A stretch of DNA of 64,000 nt from an uncultured Erysipelotrichaceae bacterium (GTDB taxonomy: Bacteria > Bacillota_I > Bacilli_A > RF39 > UBA660): the NCBI GenBank assembly GCA_902797995.1, contig CADBUX010000011.1, positions 1,013-65,012 on the forward strand, written 5' to 3'. Under the pieces are notes generated by a model, which ran no database searches, was not told the DNA's origin, and saw only the letters and a program-made list of their open reading frames with translations. Numbering within the stretch: position 1 is the stretch's first letter; every line of letters starts with the position of its first letter. The position numbers were made by a program, and so were the translations under genes. This document shows positions 29,429-38,292 of the stretch, one piece after another.

Positions 29429-30982
29429 TTATCTTAAGAAATCTTTAAGTGCTCGACTTCTTGATGGATGTCTTAATTTTCTTAGTGCTTGAGCTTCAAT
29501 TTGTCTAATACGTTCACGAGTTACCCCATACTCTTTACCAATTACTTCTAAAGTTCTAGGATCTTTTCCATCTAGACCAAATCTAAGTATCATTACATTT
29601 CGTTCTCTTTCTGATAAACTCTCCATAGCGCTCATAAGGGCATTACGTAATTCGTGTTGTTCTACATTTTCTTCAGTTACATCGCTTTCATCCGGTATAA
29701 AATCTATTAAATAACTATCTTCATCTTCTCCAATGGTAGCATATAACGACACTATATCTTGTCCATACCTTATAATATCCTCAACTTTTTCTACACTAAC
29801 ATGTAATGCTTCTGCTAACTCTTCATTATTTGGATTTCTATTTAATTTTTGACGCAAATGACTTTTTTCTCTTTTTAATTTATAAATTGATTCTACCATA
29901 TGAACAGGCACCCTAATTGTACGATCATTATCTGCCTTAGAACGAGAAATTGATTGTCTTATCCACCATATAGCATATGTTGAAAATTTAAATCCTTTTG
30001 TTATGTCAAATCTTTCCACAGCTTTCATAAGCCCAAGGTTACCTTCTTGAATCAAATCAGAAACGGATAATACTTTTTCATGTGATGATGCATACTTAAT
30101 AGCAACAGACATTACTAATCCAAGATTAGCATTTATAATATGATAATTAATTTCTTTCTCTTTTTGTTGTAAAGAATCATATTTTTTTATTAAATCTCTA
30201 CATGATTCAGGAAGACTTTCTAAATTCTGTTCTCGTTCATTAATAAGATCATTACATATCATACGAGATACTTTTTCTTCTTCTTGTTGATATTGTTTAT
30301 ATAGTTTTTGAAGCTCACCTTTAATAAATGTATATTGTGAAACTGACCTATCATTTTCATTAGTAGTTAAATCATCAGAATTTTTTATTTCTTCTAGTCT
30401 ATTTTTTAGTTTCATCATTTCCTTAACTGCTTCTTTTTCAGAAATCTTGAAATCTTTAATTCTTTTTTTACATGTCTCAGGAATGTTATCTGGATTATTT
30501 TTATTCTCTTTTATTACTTGTTTCCAAACAATTTTTCTAATACGCTCCATTTCATCCTCAATAATTTTCTTATTGGTAAATAACTCAACTTCTTCTTCCT
30601 GAGTAAGTAATTCTGTTCTGTGAACTTCCTTAGAATATTGTTTTACAACATCTAAACCACGATTATACCCCTTAACTTTTTTTTCTTGTTTATCGCTTTC
30701 TTCATCCTCTACAAATTCTTCCTCATAATCTGTAGTTGTTAATATTATATTATTAGATTCAAGGTATTTTTCTATTGAATCCCTAACCTCACTATATTTT
30801 GATAATCTGTGAATTTCTTCCATACTAACTTCACTACGATTAGAAAAACGACTATCTAAAGCTTTCTTTAAATCCGATCTTTCAATTATATCACGTTTAA
30901 TAGAATCATCGATGTTATCGTTTTCTCTATATCCATTGTTTTTTAATTCTTTTTCTATTTGCTTTATTATTTTTTCTAACAT
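29429..30982 (-). CDS. sigA: primary sigma factor RpoD/SigA with long non-conserved insertion
   Basis: Region 2.4/3 IRQSISR...RTIRVPVHMVE and region 4.2 GVTRERIRQIEAQALRKLRHPSRS are diagnostic for group-1 sigma. 517 aa because of a charged insertion of about 150 aa between regions 1.2 and 2. Confidence 0.85.
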   Translation of the reverse strand: MLEKIIKQIEKELKNNGYRENDNIDDSIKRDIIERSDLKKALDSRFSNRSEVSMEEIHRLSKYSEVRDSIEKYLESNNIILTTTDYEEEFVEDEESDKQEKKVKGYNRGLDVVKQYSKEVHRTELLTQEEEVELFTNKKIIEDEMERIRKIVWKQVIKENKNNPDNIPETCKKRIKDFKISEKEAVKEMMKLKNRLEEIKNSDDLTTNENDRSVSQYTFIKGELQKLYKQYQQEEEKVSRMICNDLINEREQNLESLPESCRDLIKKYDSLQQKEKEINYHIINANLGLVMSVAIKYASSHEKVLSVSDLIQEGNLGLMKAVERFDITKGFKFSTYAIWWIRQSISRSKADNDRTIRVPVHMVESIYKLKREKSHLRQKLNRNPNNEELAEALHVSVEKVEDIIRYGQDIVSLYATIGEDEDSYLIDFIPDESDVTEENVEQHELRNALMSAMESLSERERNVMILRFGLDGKDPRTLEVIGKEYGVTRERIRQIEAQALRKLRHPSRSRALKDFLR

Positions 30983-30994
30983 ACAATCACCTTC

Positions 30995-32104
30995 TTAATA
31001 TAAGCCTTTCTTCTCGGCTAGTGTTTTTATTTTAACTTCTCCGCTTTTTTGAATCTGACGTATTCTCTCAGCTGACAAGTTTAATTCCTCTCCCACATCT
31101 TTTAATGTGGCAGGTTCATTATCATATAAACCATAACGCTTAATTAATACTATCCTTTCATTTTTAGTTATCGATTTATTCTCTAATAATTCTCTTATAT
31201 CTTCTTGCTCTTTTTTATCCATTACTTCTTTTTCACTATCATTAGATTCATCTAATATATAGTCCTTTAACTCGTTAGGTTTAGGATTATTATACATATT
31301 AATTGGAGTTTCAAGACTAATCGTAGTAGGAAGTGCAAGTATTTTTTCTAAAGCTTCCTTCTTTATATTAAGCAGTCTTGCGAATTCTTCTTTAGTTTTA
31401 TCATCATTCATGTATAAAAATGTACCATTTTCTTTATAATAGTCTATTTTTAATTTGTTTAGCTTGTGTAATAGTTCATGAACATGCTTTGGATATTTTA
31501 TAATTCTAGATTTTTCTGCTATCGCAATACTAATTTTTTGAATTATCCATTGTGTAGCATATGTTGAAAACTTATATCCTAATGTGACATCAAATTTATC
31601 AACAGCTACCATAAGACCAACATTTCCTTCTTGGATTAAATCTTGAAGAGATAATCCATTATTTTGATAAAGTGTTGCGTATTTTATTACTAATCTAAGA
31701 TTAGCATTTATAATTCTATCTTTAATTTTTTGATATTCATCAAAATCTTTTGCAGTTTTTAATCTAATAAATAGTTGTTTTTCTTCTTCAGGCGTTAATA
31801 AAGGAATTCTATTTATATCTTTAAAATACAATGCTAATGTATCTAAATCATCTTTTCCTATTCCTGTAACATAAGAATCACTATTAATTAATGTAATACC
31901 TTTTTCATATAAATATAATGTTATTATATTTTGAAGTTTTATATCTCTAGTAAGGTTTTTTAATTCACTTTTAGTGATACTTTTCTTGTTTTTAAATAAT
32001 GTATTTAACTCTTTTTTTATGCTGTCATTATTTAGGATATCATATGGTGTCATAGTAGGATCTTTCTGCAACTGAGAAATCATATTAATAACATTATAAT
32101 TCAT
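30995..32104 (-). CDS. second sigma-70 family factor (divergent, non-primary)
   Basis: Region 2 (DLIQEGNVGLMVAVDKFD, YKFSTYATQWI) and region 4 HTH (LKDVGEELNLSAERIRQI). Lacks the RpoD box. Immediately upstream of sigA. Confidence 0.7.
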   Translation of the reverse strand: MNYNVINMISQLQKDPTMTPYDILNNDSIKKELNTLFKNKKSITKSELKNLTRDIKLQNIITLYLYEKGITLINSDSYVTGIGKDDLDTLALYFKDINRIPLLTPEEEKQLFIRLKTAKDFDEYQKIKDRIINANLRLVIKYATLYQNNGLSLQDLIQEGNVGLMVAVDKFDVTLGYKFSTYATQWIIQKISIAIAEKSRIIKYPKHVHELLHKLNKLKIDYYKENGTFLYMNDDKTKEEFARLLNIKKEALEKILALPTTISLETPINMYNNPKPNELKDYILDESNDSEKEVMDKKEQEDIRELLENKSITKNERIVLIKRYGLYDNEPATLKDVGEELNLSAERIRQIQKSGEVKIKTLAEKKGLY

Positions 32105-32308
32105 GATGTCATACCCCCTCTTTTTAATAAGTAAGATTATAGCACTTTTTGTTTAAAATGTCAAGAAAAACCGTATTAATCCATATATGTGATTTATGAA
32201 TATCTTGTATATTTTTATTATTGTAATATTACATATGATTATATTCTTTCTGACACAAGAAAAAATACCCAAAATATGGATATCAAATTATATATATTAA
32301 TTTTAATT

Positions 32309-33028
32309 TTATCTATAAAAAACAGCTTTTTTGAATAGATAAATATCAAGTTTATTATATAAAAAATTAAATACTTTTTGAGAAATTAGTTTTTTACCTA
32401 TCAATGTAAGAACAAAACTAGAAACATAAACTATTATAACAATAATGAGACCTCTTAATTCTACTAAATGATTATTAATTAAACCATTTACACCACTTGA
32501 CACTAGTATATAAATTAAAAAGAAAGTAAGAAGTACAATAATAGGATATATATAATAAAAAGTAATCATAATAATATCACTAAGTAAGAAACTAATGAAC
32601 GCTAAACCAATTATAAACCATTTTAAAATAAAACAGAAAAAGCTTTCTATGGAAACTAATATCAAGGATACTATTTTTTTTACTGTTTTTATATTTTTAC
32701 TATTTAAGTATTCTCTTAAGTATTCCCATTTAGTAACTGTCTTGTTTTCGTATTCAGAATAGTTATAAGGGCTTTTAGATTCTCTTCTTGTACCTGAATA
32801 TTTTTCATAAGTATTAGTTTCTTTATGTTTTAAGAAATCATCATATTCTTTCCTTTTTATTTCATCTAATAAAATATCTTTAGCTTCATTTATTTTCATA
32901 GACATAGAAACAGCATCTTTATCTTTATTGATATCTGGATGCCATTTTTTCATTTGAGCTTTGTAAGCTTTTTTAATTTCTTCTTTTGTAGCATTATTAC
33001 TTATTCCTAAAAGATCATAATAGTTCAT
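32309..33028 (-). CDS. J-domain (DnaJ-like) membrane protein
   Basis: N-terminal J domain (YYDLLGIS..ATKEEIKKAYK...KWHPDIN) followed by four hydrophobic helices. Confidence 0.6.
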   Translation of the reverse strand: MNYYDLLGISNNATKEEIKKAYKAQMKKWHPDINKDKDAVSMSMKINEAKDILLDEIKRKEYDDFLKHKETNTYEKYSGTRRESKSPYNYSEYENKTVTKWEYLREYLNSKNIKTVKKIVSLILVSIESFFCFILKWFIIGLAFISFLLSDIIMITFYYIYPIIVLLTFFLIYILVSSGVNGLINNHLVELRGLIIVIIVYVSSFVLTLIGKKLISQKVFNFLYNKLDIYLFKKAVFYR

Positions 33029-33179
33029 ATAATCACCAACAAGTACATTTTAGCACAAAAAAAAGAACTATAAAAGCTCCTTATTTTTCTATGGAGCAAT
33101 AGTTGAGTAATTACACAACTTTTTTCCAAATTGAAATGATATATAAATCATCCATCTAAAAAAATTATATCATATTATT

Positions 33180-33374
33180 TCAATTTTTTAAATAAGCATT
33201 TTTATCATCGTCTGTAAAATAATTATCAAACCATCTATATTCAAATATACATTCTTCATTAATATCATTATCAATGTATTGGGAACCATCATACAAGGCA
33301 TATTGTAATAATTGATATAGTTTTTCTTTATCTTTCATATTCACGCTTACTATTTCATAATTCATATTAATCAC
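33180..33374 (-). CDS. hypothetical 64-aa protein (last gene of cargo operon)
   Basis: Short acidic ORF followed by hairpin plus T-run terminator at about 33085-33110. Confidence 0.3.
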   Translation of the reverse strand: MINMNYEIVSVNMKDKEKLYQLLQYALYDGSQYIDNDINEECIFEYRWFDNYFTDDDKNAYLKN

Positions 33375-33559
33375 CAGCCTATAAATATTATATCATAGAA
33401 AAAGATTAAGTTTTCACTTAATCTCTTAGAAATTAATTTTTGCTTCCTTGCTTGATAGCAGCTTGTACTGCGGAAATAATTGGAATTGCAGTAAATTTTT
33501 ATTTATTGTCTAAAATGATTTATTTAACAATTCTTATTTTATTGAATATTAGCATTGCA

Positions 33560-33874
33560 TTATATTTCTTCATATTCTTTAATTCTTGTGTTTACACCAT
33601 CTATTATTTTATACTCACGATGCTTATTTTTATTTATCTTATTTATTAATTCCTTTTCAAGATCTATGTTTAATATTTCCGATAGTCCAAGCAAATAAAT
33701 CATTGCATCAGCTATTTCTTCACCAACATCATCTTTTTTCTTTCTCCACGCTTCATACGCTTCAGCTACTTCTCCATAAGTTAAACAAAATTCTTTATTT
33801 ATATCTGTCACATTAAAGCCTTTATCTAGTTTATTTTGATATACATCTTTTTGTAATTTTTTTAAATCTATCAT
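33560..33874 (-). CDS. MazG-like nucleoside triphosphate pyrophosphohydrolase (small all-alpha type)
   Basis: EF.LTYGEVAEAYEAWRK and EEIADAMIYLLGLSEILNIDLE match the metal-binding E-x-x-E/D pattern of single-domain MazG/YpjD-like NTP-PPases. Confidence 0.7.
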   Translation of the reverse strand: MIDLKKLQKDVYQNKLDKGFNVTDINKEFCLTYGEVAEAYEAWRKKKDDVGEEIADAMIYLLGLSEILNIDLEKELINKINKNKHREYKIIDGVNTRIKEYEEI

Positions 33875-34461
33875 TATTTTTCCTCCAAAACTTTATTAAT
33901 TATCTTTCTTATTTCAAAAATTCTTTTTTCCATAAATTCAGGATGATCTTTAAACCATTTAATATTAAGTGGTGATGGATGAGGTAATACTATTGCTAGT
34001 TTTCCATTAATATAACTATCTTTAAATATTAAATCATTAAAATTTTCACTAGGAAAAAATACTTTTGCTGATTTTGCTCCAATAATAATATATAGTTCAT
34101 TATTTATATACTCTAATTCCTTTTTAATCCATGTTTCATAGCAAATCTTTGGTGGCATTCTATCATTTCCATTTTTATCTTTTCCAGGGTAGCAATGAGA
34201 AAGAGCAGCAATATAGAAATTATCAGGATTATAAAAAATTGCATCATCAATCATATACCATTCATATTTTAATTTTTTTCCACTTAAATCAGTAAATGGT
34301 TTTAATGTTTGATGGACTGTAGCAGAAGGTGCTTGACTAATTTGAACAATTTTGGAATTTATATTTCCTAGTATTATAGGATGTGGTCGAAAGCCAAATT
34401 TTTCTTTACAAATTTCACATTTTTTTAATTGTGATATTAGTTGATCAAATTCTTTTTGCAT
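33874..34461 (-). CDS. uracil-DNA glycosylase superfamily protein (family unassigned)
   Basis: C-terminal motif LPHPSPLN equals UDG motif B (HPSPL[SN]). An N-terminal Q-A-P-S segment lies in the motif A position. 195 aa. Confidence 0.5.
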   Translation of the reverse strand: MQKEFDQLISQLKKCEICKEKFGFRPHPIILGNINSKIVQISQAPSATVHQTLKPFTDLSGKKLKYEWYMIDDAIFYNPDNFYIAALSHCYPGKDKNGNDRMPPKICYETWIKKELEYINNELYIIIGAKSAKVFFPSENFNDLIFKDSYINGKLAIVLPHPSPLNIKWFKDHPEFMEKRIFEIRKIINKVLEEK

Positions 34462-35032
34462 TATTTTTTCTAAACTCCTCTAATTTTTGTAAAACCTCGT
34501 TAAAGATTTGTTCAATTGGCTTCATACCATCAATGTATATCAAATTATTCTCATTTAAAATGGATGAGTAAGCTTTTCTAACTTTGCCTAAATGTTCCAC
34601 TGATGATTTAATATTGAACTTTGTATCTATATTTCGATTCACAGATTCTTCTGGAGTAATATCAATAAAGAAGCCAATATCTGCCTTTGGAAATACTGAA
34701 TTGATATTTAAAACAAAATCTTTATCTACACCTTCTGCCATTCTATATGCAATAGCGGATGGTACATATCTATCAAATAGTAATATTTTATTATTTAAAT
34801 CATCACTGCTAATACTTTTCATTCTTATATATCTGTCAGCTGCAAATAAATAAGCTTTTAAAATTGAATCTAAAGTGCCTTCAATTGCCATTTTCTTTAG
34901 CTCTATACCAATGTTGGTTTCAAATTCCTTTGATACTTCAGCATCTAGTCCAATATTTATATAATAATCCTTTAACATTTGAACTAACGTTGTTTTACCA
35001 CAATTGTCTAATCCTTCAAAAATAACTATCAA
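34445..35032 (-). CDS. thymidylate kinase-like dNMP kinase (element-borne paralog), TTG start
   Basis: P-loop FEGLDNCGKTT and LFDRY...SAIAYR Tmk motif. The start is TTG (complement of caa at 35030-35032), preceded by RBS AGAGGTGA. Confidence 0.7.
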   Translation of the reverse strand: MIVIFEGLDNCGKTTLVQMLKDYYINIGLDAEVSKEFETNIGIELKKMAIEGTLDSILKAYLFAADRYIRMKSISSDDLNNKILLFDRYVPSAIAYRMAEGVDKDFVLNINSVFPKADIGFFIDITPEESVNRNIDTKFNIKSSVEHLGKVRKAYSSILNENNLIYIDGMKPIEQIFNEVLQKLEEFRKNNAKRI

Positions 35033-35053
35033 ATTATATCACCTCTTATTAGC

Positions 35054-35095
35054 ATTATATCATAAGAAAAGACTAAGAAATTATAATTCGTAGTC
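35054..35095 (-). promoter_or_regulatory. putative extended -10 promoter (TGaTATAAT) for the tmk-like/UDG-like/MazG-like operon
   Basis: Minus-strand TGaTATAAT about 20 nt upstream of the RBS, immediately after an upstream hairpin terminator. Confidence 0.3.
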
Positions 35096-35106
35096 TTTTT
35101 TTTAGC
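35066..35106. terminator. bidirectional hairpin terminator between the unknown-function cargo genes and the nucleotide-enzyme operon
   Basis: Hairpin gactaag..cgtagtc with a T8 run on the plus strand and a T-rich tail on the minus strand. Confidence 0.4.
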
Positions 35107-35237
35107 TTAATTATTTATTTTTTAAATTTGCTTGCCCCGCAGTAAAGATTGGAACAATAAAGAACCAATTCGCGGACTAAGATAACTATTTATGTTATTT
35201 TATAACAATAATTTTCTTTATTTAATTGTGCAATTTT

Positions 35238-36182
35238 TTAATTTTGTATTACTTTTTCTAAAACTCTTGGTTTAACAAATTCTAATTCCCATTGTTGAGG
35301 TCTTAATTGATGCATTTGTTTACAAAATTGGATTTCTTCCCATATTCTATCTGTAGTTTCTTTATCACCATAGAACTTTAATAATGCATCATAAGAATAC
35401 TCATACAATTCGTTCCTTTCAAACAAAGGCATTGGGTTTCCTTTATAATTTGCATGATCATTAGCAATACCCCATTCCCATTGTTCTAATGTTTCATCAT
35501 AAACTTCGTCATTAGTCCAAAAATCCATTATTAATTTTTGTTTTTCCTCTAATGACCAATTTGGATTTCTAAGTATCCAATATCTTATATCAAAATCTCC
35601 TGAGCCATGTGCTTGAGTATCACTTAATGAACTAAATAAACTAGCCATATACATATTACCAGTTTTAGCACCTACAGGATTAATCGAACCTCCAAATTCA
35701 GTATACACAGTTTGTTCATTTGTAATACCTTTTTCATCTAATTCTTTAGAATATTCATTCATAGCATTTTTGTATCTAGTAGTACCTATTTTATTCATTG
35801 CTTCATCAACTGCAAATGCTTTTTGATCTTCTGTTAATTTTAAATTAGGATTCCATAAAGTCATTAGTAAATATGAATAACCACCATTACTATAACCATC
35901 TAAAACAATTCTAGCAATTTGTCTATTAGAATAAATCAAGTCTACAAGTTTTTGATACACTTCATTATCAACATTATTAAAATCAACAAGCATATCCTCA
36001 CATATTGCTAAACCATTTACTAAATCTCTTTCTCCAAATTTATCTTTAGTTGGTTTGATTGCCCATTCTAATAATTCTTTATTATTTTTAATTGAATTCC
36101 AAATTTCTTCTGGATTTCCAACTTTTTTATCACAATCTCTTGCATAATATAGTTTATCATCTATTTTTCTAAAATCTTCCAT
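35238..36182 (-). CDS. hypothetical protein (314 aa, cargo gene D)
   Basis: Long ORF with coding-like composition and no motif I can recognise. W/Y-rich C-terminal half. Confidence 0.4.
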   Translation of the reverse strand: MEDFRKIDDKLYYARDCDKKVGNPEEIWNSIKNNKELLEWAIKPTKDKFGERDLVNGLAICEDMLVDFNNVDNEVYQKLVDLIYSNRQIARIVLDGYSNGGYSYLLMTLWNPNLKLTEDQKAFAVDEAMNKIGTTRYKNAMNEYSKELDEKGITNEQTVYTEFGGSINPVGAKTGNMYMASLFSSLSDTQAHGSGDFDIRYWILRNPNWSLEEKQKLIMDFWTNDEVYDETLEQWEWGIANDHANYKGNPMPLFERNELYEYSYDALLKFYGDKETTDRIWEEIQFCKQMHQLRPQQWELEFVKPRVLEKVIQN

Positions 36183-36271
36183 ACTAAACCTCCCCGAATA
36201 TATTTTTATTTTAACATAAAAAAAACTAGATTTCTCTAGTTTTCAATTATATTTTTATTTATTTCAATTTT

Positions 36272-36868
36272 TTATATAATTAACCTTTTTGCTTGTTCCT
36301 GATCAGTTCTTATTGCTTCTCCAACAAACTCAGCTTGTACTTTATAAAATAACTCTGGATCAGAAAAGAAACTTTTTCCTTCAGGTGGATAAATTATATT
36401 ATCAGCATTTTTAATTCTAAATAATTCTCTATTTTTTCCATTTTCTTTCTTATCAGAAGGCCCAAAAGAATAACCTGGTTGTTGGAGATTCCAATATGTA
36501 TCTTCATAATCGCTTATTCTTTTTCCTGTTATACAGTTTATTATTGGTTCATGAGAACGTAAATAACAATATATTGGATAATTATCATCTTTTAATAATT
36601 CTTCAGTAAATAAGTAATTACACATCTCATGTTTCAAAAAATCATATAATAAATTATCTATTTCTAAATAATTCATTATTTTTTCTTCTTTATACTCAAT
36701 GCATTCAGCAAATTCTCTAACTTTTTCATCTTTTAATAATTCATGGATTCTTTGTATATTCTCATTCATTTTTTTTATTATTTGATTTTGATCAGAAATG
36801 TATTGTTCTTGTAATTTTCTCCAAGAAGGATATTCTTCTTTAACTATTCTTATAAAGTCTTCAGTCAT
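36272..36868 (-). CDS. hypothetical protein (198 aa, cargo gene C)
   Basis: ORF with no recognizable domain. Confidence 0.4.
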   Translation of the reverse strand: MTEDFIRIVKEEYPSWRKLQEQYISDQNQIIKKMNENIQRIHELLKDEKVREFAECIEYKEEKIMNYLEIDNLLYDFLKHEMCNYLFTEELLKDDNYPIYCYLRSHEPIINCITGKRISDYEDTYWNLQQPGYSFGPSDKKENGKNRELFRIKNADNIIYPPEGKSFFSDPELFYKVQAEFVGEAIRTDQEQAKRLII

Positions 36869-36953
36869 ATTATCAGCCCTTTACTGGTGAATTATTATAA
36901 CATATTCTTTCAACTCTTTCAATAAAAATTCAAAAGAAACTAATTTTCATAAT

Positions 36954-37340
36954 CTAGTTTCTTTTATATAAATTGTAGTTCTTATCTTTTTCCTGTCTTC
37001 GTTCTTGCACTCTTTCTTCACTATATATACCAACAGTTTGAATACAAGCATACATAAATGATTCAATTCTTTCTTTATCTTCTTGATTAAACTCAGATAA
37101 TAATTGTTCTTTCTCTAAAGCTATTTCTTCATTTGACAATTCTTCTTCAATATCTATTTTACTTATAATTTTTAATATTAAAAGCATAGCTTTTGAACAA
37201 GCATCACAAAACTTTTCATTTGGATCATTTAAACACATATCAACATAATCCATATATACTTTCTCTTCATCACTTAAATTTTCATATTCTGAAATATATT
37301 TATAATTATAAAGTTTTAATATCATTATCATTTTATCCAT
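36954..37340 (-). CDS. hypothetical protein (128 aa, cargo gene B)
   Basis: Small acidic ORF with a Cys pair (CDAC). Confidence 0.35.
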   Translation of the reverse strand: MDKMIMILKLYNYKYISEYENLSDEEKVYMDYVDMCLNDPNEKFCDACSKAMLLILKIISKIDIEEELSNEEIALEKEQLLSEFNQEDKERIESFMYACIQTVGIYSEERVQERRQEKDKNYNLYKRN

Positions 37341-37428
37341 ACTTTTAAATCTCCCTAATCAGTTATACAACTAATCATATCAAAAACTTTATTGTTTAGC
37401 ATTTTATAATTCTTTTATTGCATTGTTC

Positions 37429-38229
37429 TCATTTTTTCTTGATTTTTTGTTTATTATTATTTTGGTGTTTTGGTTTAATTGTTTCTATCAAATCATTTGT
37501 TTCTATTTTATTTATATCAACACCATTCTCTTTAATAAAAGACATAAAAGACATAACAGCATTAGCTAACTCATCATCTTGTAAGTAAAATACAATAGGA
37601 TGATGAAATCCCAAAGTTTGCTTATTAGGTAGGTTCAATTCTTCAGTTACATATTCATCGTTTCCAAACAAAACTACCGAAGAACCATATCTATATATTT
37701 CTTCTATTTTTTTTCGCATCAGATATGAATTTTTTTCATTACTGAACTTAGCTAATGCCTCTTTTTCAGCTAATATAGTAACTTCTCCGGTGTATTCATC
37801 AACTGTACGATAACCATGTTTTTCACTACTATCATATGTTGGATATTTTATTGTTTTTATTTCATATTGAATTGATTCATCGCTTGCTAATTGTCTTAAA
37901 ATCCTAAAAACTTTTTCATACTGTTCTTCATCCATAGATGAATCCTTTATATTTCTTGAAGCGTTTTCATAGTGTCCTATTTTTGTAATAATACCTCTTA
38001 GTATTAATTCATTCATTTGTTTTAGTAATTCTAATCTTTTTACTAAATCTTTAGCAATTTCTTTTCGTCCTAAAATCTTTTGTTGATAATCATTTTCAAG
38101 CGATACAAATTCAGAATAAAGGTTATAAAAATCTTTAATATCCTCTTGAGTGATTTGATATTCCATAATTTTATTATAATCTCCTGGCTTAACATTAAGT
38201 AATATTTCTTTTAAATTTTCCGCAGTCAT
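37429..38229 (-). CDS. hypothetical protein (266 aa, cargo gene A)
   Basis: ORF with no recognizable domain. Follows the relaxase gene. Confidence 0.4.
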   Translation of the reverse strand: MTAENLKEILLNVKPGDYNKIMEYQITQEDIKDFYNLYSEFVSLENDYQQKILGRKEIAKDLVKRLELLKQMNELILRGIITKIGHYENASRNIKDSSMDEEQYEKVFRILRQLASDESIQYEIKTIKYPTYDSSEKHGYRTVDEYTGEVTILAEKEALAKFSNEKNSYLMRKKIEEIYRYGSSVVLFGNDEYVTEELNLPNKQTLGFHHPIVFYLQDDELANAVMSFMSFIKENGVDINKIETNDLIETIKPKHQNNNKQKIKKK

Positions 38230-38292
38230 GACAAACCTCCCTTTGACTAAATTATTATATTATATTTAAAGATTTTAATCAATGCTATACTA

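Noticed and set aside
32309-33028. Considered whether the J-domain membrane protein is part of the mobile element cargo
   Set aside because: A strong minus-strand terminator (33085-33110) separates it from the cargo operon. J-domain membrane proteins occur as core genes. The boundary is left just upstream of it but is uncertain.
33440-33816. Plus-strand ORFs 33440-33649 and 33586-33816 inside the element
   Set aside because: They are antisense to or overlap the MazG-like gene and its upstream region. They are very hydrophobic with low complexity, as expected for AT-rich reverse-strand artefacts, and have no RBS.
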